Assembly (NCBI GenBank): GCA_002256025.1 | Contig: NKIB01002172.1 | Span: 124,001 to 173,875, forward strand | Direction of reading: 5' to 3' | DNA length: 49,875 nucleotides | DNA from: Asterionella formosa | Lineage: Eukaryota | Program-made: the position numbers and the translations under genes | Shown here: piece by piece, positions 1 through 10,900 of the stretch | How the letters are laid out: the number at the start of each line of letters is the position of its first letter | Numbering within the stretch: the stretch's first letter is position 1 | Notes under the pieces: generated by a model | What the model saw: only the letters and a program-made list of their open reading frames with translations | Told to the model about the DNA's origin: nothing | Databases searched by the model: none

Positions 1-417
1 ACTTCACAAGGCTTTGAATCTTCTTCGTTAACAAAAAGAATGGATTAAATAATGCATCCTCGCCCGGCAAGCTATGATGACAGCCTCATTATTAGTAAAC
101 AATGTCTATACTACTGTATATTACCGGTAATAGAGAAAGTCACGCAAAATGCAGGACCAAACTTTCCTTGTAAGTATCAAATGATGATACTTTGGGTACC
201 TGGTACCAGGTATAGCAAACGGACTTGAATGTTTGCTACTCAAGGAGTCACTACCTGGTAGTCTCGTACAAAAAATTTTCCACAACAAAAATGCAAAGCA
301 TTTAGACGAAGCATGACAACATAATATCCTTTGACATGATAAAAGCACATTTGCAATAGGAAACTTCATTCTATTTACAACGGGGGAGTTCTCATTCCTC
401 GTCTGATGTCGACACAT

Positions 418-1283
418 TTAAAGACCAGCGTTGAAACCAGAGGGATGGGCAAGAAGACTGTTGATAATGTAAGGATCGCCTCCCATCTTTTCGTGAACCA
501 TCAATGCAAGAATGCCCATCTGAGCTGCACGTCCTTGGTTGAGTTCAATAGCCCTCTTGTTAATCTTTTCTTCCGCAGTGAAACGATCCCATCCAAAGTC
601 ATGGATTTCATTGGTGAAATCTCCAGGGAATTCAGCAGTTCCCTTGACATCCTTCATGATAAAGACTTCCAAAAAACCAATAAACGCAATGATTTGCGCA
701 AGTCCGGCGGCTGGGACATCCGAAAGGCCCGCCAAACCAGACTTGATGCTGGCAAAGCTAGTTCCACTGTAGTCAATGTCACCAGCGAGGCGGAATCCAC
801 TGGAGGTGGTAATATGACCGAGCACAGCAAGCATGGCGATACGTCCGTGCTTCACTTCAACATAACGCAACCGATCGAAACGTGCTTGGTCAGCATCGTT
901 GAGGAGGCCCAACGGATCCCAGGCTTCGCCACCAAAGTTCAAAGGAACTTGCACACCAACCTAGTGTGTTGGTAGTAGTTCGAAAGCAAAGGGCAGAGGA
1001 TTGCGAGAGGTTAGGAATCAACGTTCATAGCGCAGCTTCTGATTTTCAAAGCGTTCACAATAGTCTAGTATCGGAAGTTAATTCCAGAACCAGAACAAGG
1101 TCGAAGGGCATGGATTATTTTTGCTCGTCATATTATTAAAAAACATAAAGGGAGCAAATCACAAAAAACAAAACGTACCTCCTTATCAAAAGCCCCGGAA
1201 AGAGCAGTCGTAGACTGAGCAGTCTTGGATGGAGCGAAGGCAACAGTGCCGGCAATGAGGGAAGCAAAAACGGCAGTCTTCAT
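418..1283 (-). CDS. Lhcf: Fucoxanthin-chlorophyll a/c binding light-harvesting protein (Lhcf/FCP); 2 exons: 1283-1179, 960-418
   Basis: Exon 1 encodes MKTAVFASLIAGTVAFAP (signal + AFAP plastid motif). A GT..AG intron (1178-961) joins in frame to WDPLG, FDRLRYVEVKHGRIAMLA and ELNQGRAAQMG LHC motifs. Confidence 0.96.
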
Positions 1284-1926
1284 GGTAAAATCTTCAGAAA
1301 AGAGTGCGAGAATGGCAAATCTTTTTCCAGTAGTGGACCTTCAACTAACCTTCAGATAAATTATCCCCTCCTTTTAAATTGGGCTGAATCATGTTGTCTA
1401 ATGTTTAGGTCGTGTACCGGTACGACGATAAAAAACCGGTACTGATAAAGACCACTCCTTCTGCAAGATACACCGGACTAACAATTGCCTTTATAAGCTA
1501 AAAATATATATTATCAAGGATTCACAAATTTACATAGGAATTCACTTCTCACACCATGACGTGCAAAATTTTGTCTGATATCCAAAAACTTCATCAAAAT
1601 CAGGGTTCACTCTTGCAGTTGCAGGGAAGGTGCTCAAGAAATGATTACCAAGAATTCCATATTTTTCATAGCTAGAGTTACAATTTTGACTAGTACTATC
1701 ATACTCCCGAATTTGCAATGGAGTCAAAATTGGGAGGAAAATTTAGGATTAGTTTACAATTTTTCAGTCTGAAAGGCAAAATGTGTGGTTAGTTCCCTGG
1801 CATCTTGTTTTTGCTCGATTTTGTACCACATGTCGTGAAGTGCTCCATGTGATTGATTTTGCCCAGCACCAGAGGGAGGAGTACTACCAGCCAGGTGGTA
1901 CTAGCTACCAGGTACCTGGTACCACG

Positions 1927-2708
1927 ACCTAAAAATTGAGAGTCAACCTTATGGGTTCTTTTTTAAGACTGAGAGTCATCCTTTAACAGGGTAATCACAA
2001 GTTTTGGGACGAATATTAGAGATAAGTTGATTCTGTTTAAGACCAAGTTATTCCTTGTTGGCATGTATGGTTGAGAATTTTCTTCATGTATGTATTAGAA
2101 ACCAATATATTGAAGATAATGGCTTAGTTGGTTGAGAATGTTGCCTTTGATCTGAAGCTGTGTTGTTCGATTCCGCAATTTTTTAGAAGCAATTTCTGGG
2201 TTCGACTCCCACACTTCTTACTGTCCTGCATGGTCTTGCCTGGTATGCAAGAAATAGTGGGTTTGCCCCCCTACCAGCAGCTTGTGTCGCCCTCCTGGGC
2301 GGTCGGAGTTTCCCCCAATGTTGCGGCTAAGACAATCACCTTTTGCGAAAGGTGGTTGGGGACTCACCTACGCTAACAAAACTAGGGAAGCACAGTTCTT
2401 GTTGGCAGGTAACAGAATGAATACTTGCCTTGAAAAAGGGGAGTAGCTGTGAATGGGCTATAAAACAGATAATCATTAAAAACCAGCCAATATATTGAGA
2501 ATCATCCTTAGTAGGAGGCAAAATGATTACATAAAAAACTTTCATATCTCAAGAAATATTGACATCACCCAAATTATAATCAGACCTAGTTGTACCTGAG
2601 AGGACGACCTACAATAAGCTTTGTATTTGCTTCAACATTACCATCTAATCAGTCTAAAATAATTAGTCACAACAATGGGTAAATAAGGATGACTCTCAGT
2701 TTTTAGGT
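1927..2708. mobile_element. Non-autonomous TIR element (MITE-like) carrying a nested SINE
   Basis: ACCTAAAAATTGAGAGTCAACCTTA (1927-1951) matches the reverse complement of 2684-2708 at 23/25. An internal copy ACTGAGAGTCATCCTT starts at 1968. No coding capacity. Confidence 0.75.
2114..2486 (+). mobile_element. tRNA-derived SINE-like element, family A copy 1
   Basis: A-box-like TGGCTTAGTTGG and B-box GTTCGATTCC (2165-2174). Body alignable to the copies at 27436 and 37967. Flanking direct repeat CCAATATATTGA at 2102-2113 and 2487-2498. Confidence 0.8.
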
Positions 2709-3094
2709 GGTAACCAGGGTACCCCTATATTGCCTGATGTATAATTAAATGTAACATTGATTTAGACCCCCAGAGCACAGCCTGATTCTTACTCCTATGT
2801 ATGTATATACACATATATTTATATTATATACAGAGTCAAGGCCTAATAAATCATTGAGACGAATATTATATATACTGCTAGTCCAGTTCCAGTACAGCTC
2901 AAGAAATGACTGAGAATTGCAATTACAACTGAACGAAATGCATTTCAAGTTACTTCTTTTAAGTGATGCTATTCTAATGCAGCTAGTTGTGTTTTCATGG
3001 AATTACGAACGAAAATTCATGCTTAGACCATTTGGAGTCATCGTTCCTTGAGCGCAGATATGTAAATCTTGTTTGGAGAGACCCGGACCTTCAC

Positions 3095-4090
3095 TTATCC
3101 AATCATAGGGGGAAAAACAACAAGGTCTTGTTTGTTCACAATAACTCTGACACGGGTGAAAACGTAATCCATGGTCACTGCGCTCCCTTCTAGAACAATC
3201 TCGACACGGGTCAAACATGGCTCCGATGACTCAAGAAAGGCTTTGGCCTCTTCACCAGTTTTACCCACAAGATCTGGCCAAACGCTCATCGAACTGCAAC
3301 CAATAGGGTCAACAGCAGCAGGAGGGCTGGTAACTGTGATATCAACAGGGCAATTGGCGCTACACTTTATGGCAATAGTAGCGCATTCAAAAGTGTTTAC
3401 ATCCGTGCACGTGCACGTGGTTTCAGTAAAGCAATCACCACAGCAGCACACCGAGCCGTATCCGCATCGTTCGCCAATCACGAAATCAGCAGGACAGGAA
3501 TCACCTGTTCCTGGAACATCTGATGGGCAGAGATCTGCAAATCTTGGTACGTACGATTTGAAATCAGGGACACAAATACCTCCACAGTCAGCTCCACCAT
3601 TGTTTGGATCACAATCATCACTTGGATCATCAATGCATGTCAAATTATCAGGGCATGCCTTGCCAACAAAGCCGCCACATGTCTGTGAAGCATTGACACA
3701 GATCCCAAGACAGTCAGCCGCAATGCCACAGTTGGTAGGGTCATTCACACATAACAATCCATCAGGGCACTGAATGCCAAGAAGACCTGCACATGTTGGG
3801 GGAGGTAATTGGCCGTCAACCTGATTGCTAGCTGGAGGCAATGCGCCTCCAGCCTGGCTGAGCACTTTGGTTTTCTTGCTTTTTCCCTTCTTGAGATGTC
3901 TGGTTGCACTGACCATTTCCTTCAGTTCTTGCGGGCCTCCCATCTTTTGGGCATTAAGGATGCCGAAATCAATTGAGGAGGAAGCTTCAGCTGTTTCCGT
4001 GCTGGGAGCACGAAGATAATTCGATTTTTCCGCAGCAACGTTGAAGAGCAAGAGGCCTGAAGCTATCAAAAAGCGGATCAAGCGTGTCAT
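3095..4090 (-). CDS. Secreted Cys-rich multidomain protein with C-terminal potato inhibitor I (I13) domain
   Basis: Signal peptide MTRLIRFLIASGLLLFNVAA; two C-x-G-x2-G-x2-CP-x3-C-x2-DP...ADC-x-GICV repeats; a CCCGxC module; C-terminal WPDLVG...VTMDY..RVRVIV...PPMIG. An upstream start at 4129 is possible. Confidence 0.85.
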   Translation of the reverse strand: MTRLIRFLIASGLLLFNVAAEKSNYLRAPSTETAEASSSIDFGILNAQKMGGPQELKEMVSATRHLKKGKSKKTKVLSQAGGALPPASNQVDGQLPPPTCAGLLGIQCPDGLLCVNDPTNCGIAADCLGICVNASQTCGGFVGKACPDNLTCIDDPSDDCDPNNGGADCGGICVPDFKSYVPRFADLCPSDVPGTGDSCPADFVIGERCGYGSVCCCGDCFTETTCTCTDVNTFECATIAIKCSANCPVDITVTSPPAAVDPIGCSSMSVWPDLVGKTGEEAKAFLESSEPCLTRVEIVLEGSAVTMDYVFTRVRVIVNKQDLVVFPPMIG

Positions 4091-4902
4091 GTTTGCTGTT
4101 TGAATTGTTTTTCTGCGTCGTTGGTACATCGAGAGGGTAAGAGAAATTTATTGAGGAATCTACTATGACACGTAGCACAATACAAGTTTAGATGTCTGTT
4201 ATGTTTCCGGTACTCACCGCGTATTACCTGAAAAGAAAGGATGTAGTTTGTGAGCTTTTCTTAGTGCTCTTATGTAACAAGTTGTTGCAATCATCACGAC
4301 TTAAAGCCGTGAAAAAAGTCACAACAATAGTCGCTTGTGAAGACATGTAAATCAATTTGACACGATTGCCAAATATTCTAACGGGTACACTTACTATACA
4401 TTTTTGTGAACGGGCTTACCGGTACGTTGAGGGTATTGGGATTAGAGCATAAATTCTAGGTTGAAATTTGACACGATTGCCCAGATCTTGATCTAGGTCG
4501 TTAGCTTCACAGGTAACGTCCAAAACACCCTAACTCTCACTCTCACTCTCATTCCGTATTGATAAAAATATACAGGAACAGCTAAATATAGGCACACTTG
4601 AGTTGACTATAAGTTTTTAGGATGACTAGAGTAGGGTAGTGGACTGCCATTTGACACGATTGCAAAGTCTTTAAAGGTTACTCCAGCAAAGCCTACCTAG
4701 TATCACATAACTGTAAATTTCAACGAACTAAACCCTCACCAAACTCAACGCAAACGCTTGTATGCCTTCCAACGGGGTGCATGCTTTCTTAAGTTCATGA
4801 ACAAATAGAGGAAAGATTCGCTTAACGTAATTTAGTTGAAATGGAGAGTAGTTATATTCAATGTATTCAAGTAGAGACTATTATGCATTTACCTCTTCAC
4901 AT

Positions 4903-6831
4903 TTATGACTCTTTCGCCGTGGGCAAGAACCAAAATTGTCGTAAACCAAACCACGTTGTAGCCACCAACAACATACTTGCCGACGATTGCAGGGCGATAT
5001 GCAAGTCTCCTGACCAATCCGCCAGGGCACCCATGGATGTGGCTCCCACCAAAAATCCAACATCACCACTAGTCCGTAATAATGCAATTGCTTGAGCTCG
5101 TGTTTCCTCCGTCGCATGATCTGAAATGTACGCGACAGGTGCTGTCGATAGTATTGTGGAGCCAGTGGCCCATACCCCCAACACAGCGGCCAATTCGGGA
5201 ATTGTCGTTGTCATGGGTAACATTGCCATGCTGACGGATAGCAAGCCACATCCACAGAGAATGGCGCGTCCCTTACCAATGGCATCAACCCCTTTGGCCA
5301 GCACTGGATTGCCAAAGACTTGTACCAAACTCATTCCCATGTACACTTGACCAACTTGTGTGGCTGTCATGTTGAGACCCATTGGGTCTGTTAGTAAAAG
5401 TGGGAGTAATGTCATTTGACTGCCTGCCAAAGCAACCCAGTAAAAGCCATTCATCAAGAGGACATTTCGCAGTTTTGGTTTTGCTAAAAGTGGGACCCAT
5501 TGCCCCACTGCCTTTCGTACTGCTTGCGTCATGGTATCTGTGGGTGGTGCCTTTTTTGGCAGGTCTACTGGTTGCTGCCAGTCGAAGACAATTGGCTTGA
5601 TTTGTGTTTCGTGTAACAACCAATAGTTGACGGCAGTGAGTCCAAAATAGGATATTCCCACAGCATAAAATGTTGGATGTAAACCAATGTAATCTGCAAG
5701 TATGCCACCCAGGGCTGGTCCCAAGGCTGTCCCAGCGGCAAACGCGCTCATAATGGGTGCCATTGTAGTGGCTCGGTTTCGGGGGTTGGAAATGTCTGTA
5801 ATGCTCATGGTCGCTGCTGTAGAGAGCGCAGCAACCCCCAAACCAGTCAGTAGTCGACACACCCACAAGTGTTGAAACGAGGTCGCCAGTCCAATTCCAC
5901 CAACTCCCAATGCGATAACAGAAAGTGAATAGACAAGATATGGCTTACGGCCATGTCGTTCAACAAAAATGGCAGCCGGTATATTCCCTGCCATTTTGGC
6001 CAATGCAAAGGCGGATACTACCATTCCAAATTGTCCCGGGGACAAGCCAAGGTGCTCGACAATAAATGGCATAACTGGTGTAATGATACCTACAGAAGAT
6101 CCAACCAGAAGCATAGAAATGGTAATGGGCATGACCTTGTTTGTTTCCACAGCCGACGCAATCGCCATGAGACTTGTGGCAAACTCGTTTTTAGTGATGC
6201 TCAAACTTGCCTCTGGATATCCCCTAGAAGTGGCATTAAGCAGCGATAAAATGCGTTGTGCTTCGTTCCTTGCATATTTTTTCCTCAGCTGATCTGTCTC
6301 TTCATCTTGATGGCCATTTGGTAGTGAATTTTCGCCTTCCAAGGTTTGTATTCGTTTCAGCAGATACTCTGTAAGGTGGTCCAGTGTCATGATGCTATCA
6401 TTGATTTCGCCGGAATCGTTACTTGTGTAATCGCCTCCGTGGACTTCTGTAAAGTTCCGACTGGCAGCACAGTTGCGGAAATCTTCCTCCAAAGATGGAG
6501 GCCTCGGCATTGGCAAAGGCAGCTGCTGATGGATTTTATCAAAAAGTGCTTCAAATTCGTTTGTTGTGAAGCGGTCAAGTTGGAAGTATTTGTACATTCT
6601 TTTGCGTTCTATGGGTGGCTGCGTCGAGCTCCATCTCTTCTGATGCTGAAAACTGCAGTTTAAGTTCAGTGGAGTTGACGAATGGCGATGTAATAGTACA
6701 ATGCACGACTGATTTAACATCCCTCGTTTATTTCTAGCATGGAATGCCGAGACTGACGGCAGGGGCATTTGCAATGCACTCGGTCTCACTCGACTGGCTC
6801 TTTCTGCTATTAATCGGCACGAGGAATGCAT
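4903..6831 (-). CDS. Major facilitator superfamily transporter with a long N-terminal extension
   Basis: About 12 hydrophobic segments in the C-terminal ~410 aa; motif-A-like VERHGRK; RLLTGLG and GTALGPALGGILAD motifs. First ATG at 6831. Confidence 0.9.
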   Translation of the reverse strand: MHSSCRLIAERASRVRPSALQMPLPSVSAFHARNKRGMLNQSCIVLLHRHSSTPLNLNCSFQHQKRWSSTQPPIERKRMYKYFQLDRFTTNEFEALFDKIHQQLPLPMPRPPSLEEDFRNCAASRNFTEVHGGDYTSNDSGEINDSIMTLDHLTEYLLKRIQTLEGENSLPNGHQDEETDQLRKKYARNEAQRILSLLNATSRGYPEASLSITKNEFATSLMAIASAVETNKVMPITISMLLVGSSVGIITPVMPFIVEHLGLSPGQFGMVVSAFALAKMAGNIPAAIFVERHGRKPYLVYSLSVIALGVGGIGLATSFQHLWVCRLLTGLGVAALSTAATMSITDISNPRNRATTMAPIMSAFAAGTALGPALGGILADYIGLHPTFYAVGISYFGLTAVNYWLLHETQIKPIVFDWQQPVDLPKKAPPTDTMTQAVRKAVGQWVPLLAKPKLRNVLLMNGFYWVALAGSQMTLLPLLLTDPMGLNMTATQVGQVYMGMSLVQVFGNPVLAKGVDAIGKGRAILCGCGLLSVSMAMLPMTTTIPELAAVLGVWATGSTILSTAPVAYISDHATEETRAQAIALLRTSGDVGFLVGATSMGALADWSGDLHIALQSSASMLLVATTWFGLRQFWFLPTAKES

Positions 6832-7992
6832 TATTTTCAAGAATGGTTGTCAATGGAATGTAGTAGTCTACATTAGATGGCATGAATCTAAGCAGTGCAT
6901 TTATCAGTGAACCAAAATATTAAAATTTTCTTTTGCTGAACTACTGGTAATTCCACAAGCAAGTAGCCAAAATGACGTGGTTGTACATACATCGGAGATG
7001 GCAACCACCGGTAAAAATATGATTGTTAGTGGCCGCTCTTGCAAATTAAAAAATGAGCGAGCCAGTGGAAACAGTGAATATATGCACCAAGGTGGTTTCT
7101 TCTTGCTTCTTATTTGTACCAGGTAAATAAAAATGTACTGGTGATTATATCATTTCCATTACCAGTACCTGGTACCTGGTACCATATGCTACAAAACATG
7201 ATCTGTGGCTGGGAGGGAAACCATTGCCAGGTACAAGAATACAAAAGAACATACCGGTATGTACAGGATGATAAATATTGCATTTTTAATTTAATGACAA
7301 CACGCTGGGATGAACATTCCGAACTCAAGCATATCTACGCAGGTAGCTAACGTAGCCAGCCATGCTCACAACGCTGCTTTTCGAGCAGAGTTTAGAGTTA
7401 GGGCCAACCCAGCTATTTCTAAAAAACTACGTACGGCATACTGGAGTACTTTCCCTTATAGTAACGTCATTAATACGACTCAGTTAGGAACCGGTAGTTT
7501 ACGGAGCCACCTACAACACGCCGATCGGTCTGAGCTAGACGCACTCGCTTGCCCAAACAATTCGATTATAGCTAAACCCTTCAACACTGATTAGTTTTGA
7601 ATACATAGCGATGGCCGGCTTGCTCGACTTTTTATCGTAAGTTGTACCGGTATTCCAACACTCGACCAAAGTCACTGGTATGGTTCGTCGCAAGGCCGCC
7701 CAAAGATCAGCCTTCCAGCCATGTGAGAGCCGACGATAAAGGGGGATCAATATCTGCCTTTGCTTGCACAAAATGCATCTACAGTATTATTATCGTCCGC
7801 ATCAAAGGGAGCGATATAATAGTCTACCGGTATCTTTGTAACCATATACTTTGTGAGACTACCGGTATTAGGTCTACTAAATACCCGCAGGCTGTATTAC
7901 CGGTGCACAGATTCTTGATTTTTGTTTCAGCGCCTTGTTGAGAGTCAAGTGGTCTGATCCAAATCCCACTCCAGCTGTTGCATTTATACGAC

Positions 7993-10900
7993 ATGAGTGC
8001 CGCCTCCACATCCGACAATGCCACCCGCGTTTGGATTCAATCATCAGCCCTAGAAGCGATTCGGAATCCCAAGATTCCACGTTTTAGTCGGAACAACAGT
8101 CAACGAAGCAGCACGAACTCAACTGTGTCGGATTCGGAAAGCGAAAATCTGGACATGGGCCGACAAGCGGCATATGGATGGGTGCGGGGCGACTTGCTGT
8201 CCAACACGTCAGAGGGGATTGCCGTGGCGGTGGAAGGACAGTCCTACACTTTACCCAATGCCGCCATGATCAACAATATTGTAGTGCTGGACAATGACTT
8301 TGCTCTAGACAAGGACAACAAGTCGATCATTCCGGACGATTTGATCACTCTCACGCATTTGCACGAACCAGCAGTTGTGTTTTGCTTGCAACAGCGATAC
8401 ATGGACAATTTTATTTACACCAATACTGGACAAGTGCTGCTAGCATTGAATCCATTTGCATCGATTCGGGGACTTTATGGAGAGGCGATGATGAGGATTT
8501 ACAGTGACAACAGCCTATCGAACGCGTTGCCTCCTCATGTGTACCAAATCGCAGATGCCAGTTTTCGGAGCATGATGCGAGTGTTGGAGCAAAATATGGG
8601 ATGCTCTCAAGATCCAACCACTTCGAGTCCCAATCAATCCATTTTGGTATCGGGTGAATCGGGAGCTGGGAAAACAGTTACAACCAAATATGTCATGAAA
8701 TATTTGGCGGCCTTGAGTTCCAGAAGTGCAGCGGCGACACCGACCAAGCGTGCTTTTCAACGGGTGACAGATGCGCGGCAAAAAAGTCCTTCATCGAGAA
8801 ATCCTAGTCCGCCCAAGAATTTTGCCAGACCATCCCCCTCGGATTTACCGTCGGCGATTCATTCCAACTCGATTGAATCCCAAGTCCTTCAGAGTAACCC
8901 CATTTTGGAATCATTCGGCAATGCACGGACCGTCCGCAATGACAACAGTTCTAGGTTTGGAAAGTTTATTGAAATCCAATTCACTAAATCAGGACAACTC
9001 GTGGGTGCCACTATTGACGTATATTTACTAGAAAAGGTTCGACTCCTCTCACAGGCGGAAGGAGAACGAAACTACCACATTTATTACGAAATCCTATCTG
9101 GTGGCATGTCAGTGATCGAGTTGAGTCAGCTGTATTTGGCGCCCACCGCGACACCCGAGGACTTTAAAATGACGCATTCTGGGACGTATGATAGAAGGGA
9201 TGGAGTGACAGATAAAGAAACATACAAGGAGCTAAAGGCCGCCATGAACAGTATGAAATTCACGCTGAAAGAACAAATGAATATCTTTGCTGCAGCGGCT
9301 GCGTTACTCCATGGGAGTAATCTAGAATTCAATGCATTTGAGGATGGTCACAGTCAATTGGATATGGAAAATGACCATTTGGAACCAGTGTGTGGGTTAC
9401 TTGGTGTTACCCCGGAGAATCTGAATGAGGCATTGTGTACCTTTTCGATTCAAGCGGGTCGAGGGGAAGCATTGCGGCGTAGTCAAAGCAAACAAAAGGC
9501 AGAGAAGGGTCTTGAAGCATTGATTAAAGCGACATATGGGGCCCTTTTTACGTATTTGGTGACGCGTATAAATCAGTCCATTGCCTTCAAGACCTCCGAT
9601 GAAGAATCTTCCCTCCTTGAGGCGCCAGCAGCCACAATTGGTGTTCTGGACATTTTTGGCTTTGAATCTTTCACGACGAACTCGTTTGAACAATTGTGCA
9701 TCAACTACTGCAATGAGGCACTTCAGCAACAATTTAATGCGTTTTTGCTGAAGAATGAACAGGAAGAATATAACCGTGAAGGAATTGAATGGTCATTTAT
9801 TGAATTTCCAGAAAATCAGGACGTTTTGGATTTAATTGACAAGCGTGGTGCTGGCATTTTGAACATTCTAGATGATCAATGTCGGGCCCCAGGCACGTCG
9901 GACAAGTCCTTTGCAAGCGATATGTACAATAAGTGCAATGGTCATGTACGATTTCAAGCGAATCGCAAGCAGGTGGCGGCCTTGCAGTTCGAGGTTCATC
10001 ACTACGCAGGACCAGTCGAGTATACAACTCTTGGCTTTGTGGAAAAGAATCGAGATGAGTTACCAAAGGAGGCAACCGAATTGTTGCGGTCAAGTACCAA
10101 TGCGTTTATCCAACACTTATCCGAGATTTTGACTGGGCCAACCTCAGTCATTGCGAATGGTAATGCTTTAGCGCCGATTCCGTTTCGGCGTTCCGACTCG
10201 TCTGTGGTCGTTGGTGCGACGGTGGGAGGTCAATTTCGGCGCCAATTGAAGGATTTGCGATGCAAAATTGACCTGACTTCACCGCATTATGTGCGATGTT
10301 TGAAACCAAACGATCTTTTGGTGCCGGATCACTTTGATCCAGTCATTGTTTCTGAACAGCTCAAGTGCGGTGGTATTTTGGAGGCAGTGAGAGTCAGTCG
10401 AGCAGGCTTCACTCAGCATTATCCCCATGCCGATTTTGTTCGTCGATATCGGTGCTTGTCAGTTGACAGATTGAAAAGTAGATCCGCTCTAGTTAATAAA
10501 AGCCGGGCAAGCTGGAATGGTGACGGGCCTAGTTGGTCTGGGGCTTCGCCGTCCCCAATGTCATCGCCAAGGGCGAAATGGTCTCCACGGAATAGAGCCT
10601 CTCCATTTAAGAAAGATCTTGGTAGCAATGCTTTGACTCCACAAGTCATGGATGTTGATAACAAGGCTGTTTGCTTGGATTTATTAAAGGTAATATGTAA
10701 GAAGATTCAATCGTTTGAAGCAGACTACGGGAAGGAAAATATTCCCAACAAGACGCTACAAAAGGATGTACCACCTATAGTCAAAGCCAAGGCCTATGAA
10801 TATAAAGTGTCCACCCCTCCTCCAATCTGGTCCAAGGCAAGGACAAGTTCGTCACCTGCACCGACTGGGTTGCCTCCAACTCCCAAGGCTGCACAGATCA

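Noticed and set aside
406..975. 189-aa plus-strand ORF
   Set aside because: Antisense shadow of the Lhcf exon. The same applies to ORFs opposite the other real genes (e.g. 3171-3773, 46753-47277).
10576..10590. KWSPR in the myosin, resembling the PYCO1 Rubisco-binding motif
   Set aside because: Single occurrence in a cytosolic motor's SP-rich insert; most likely chance.
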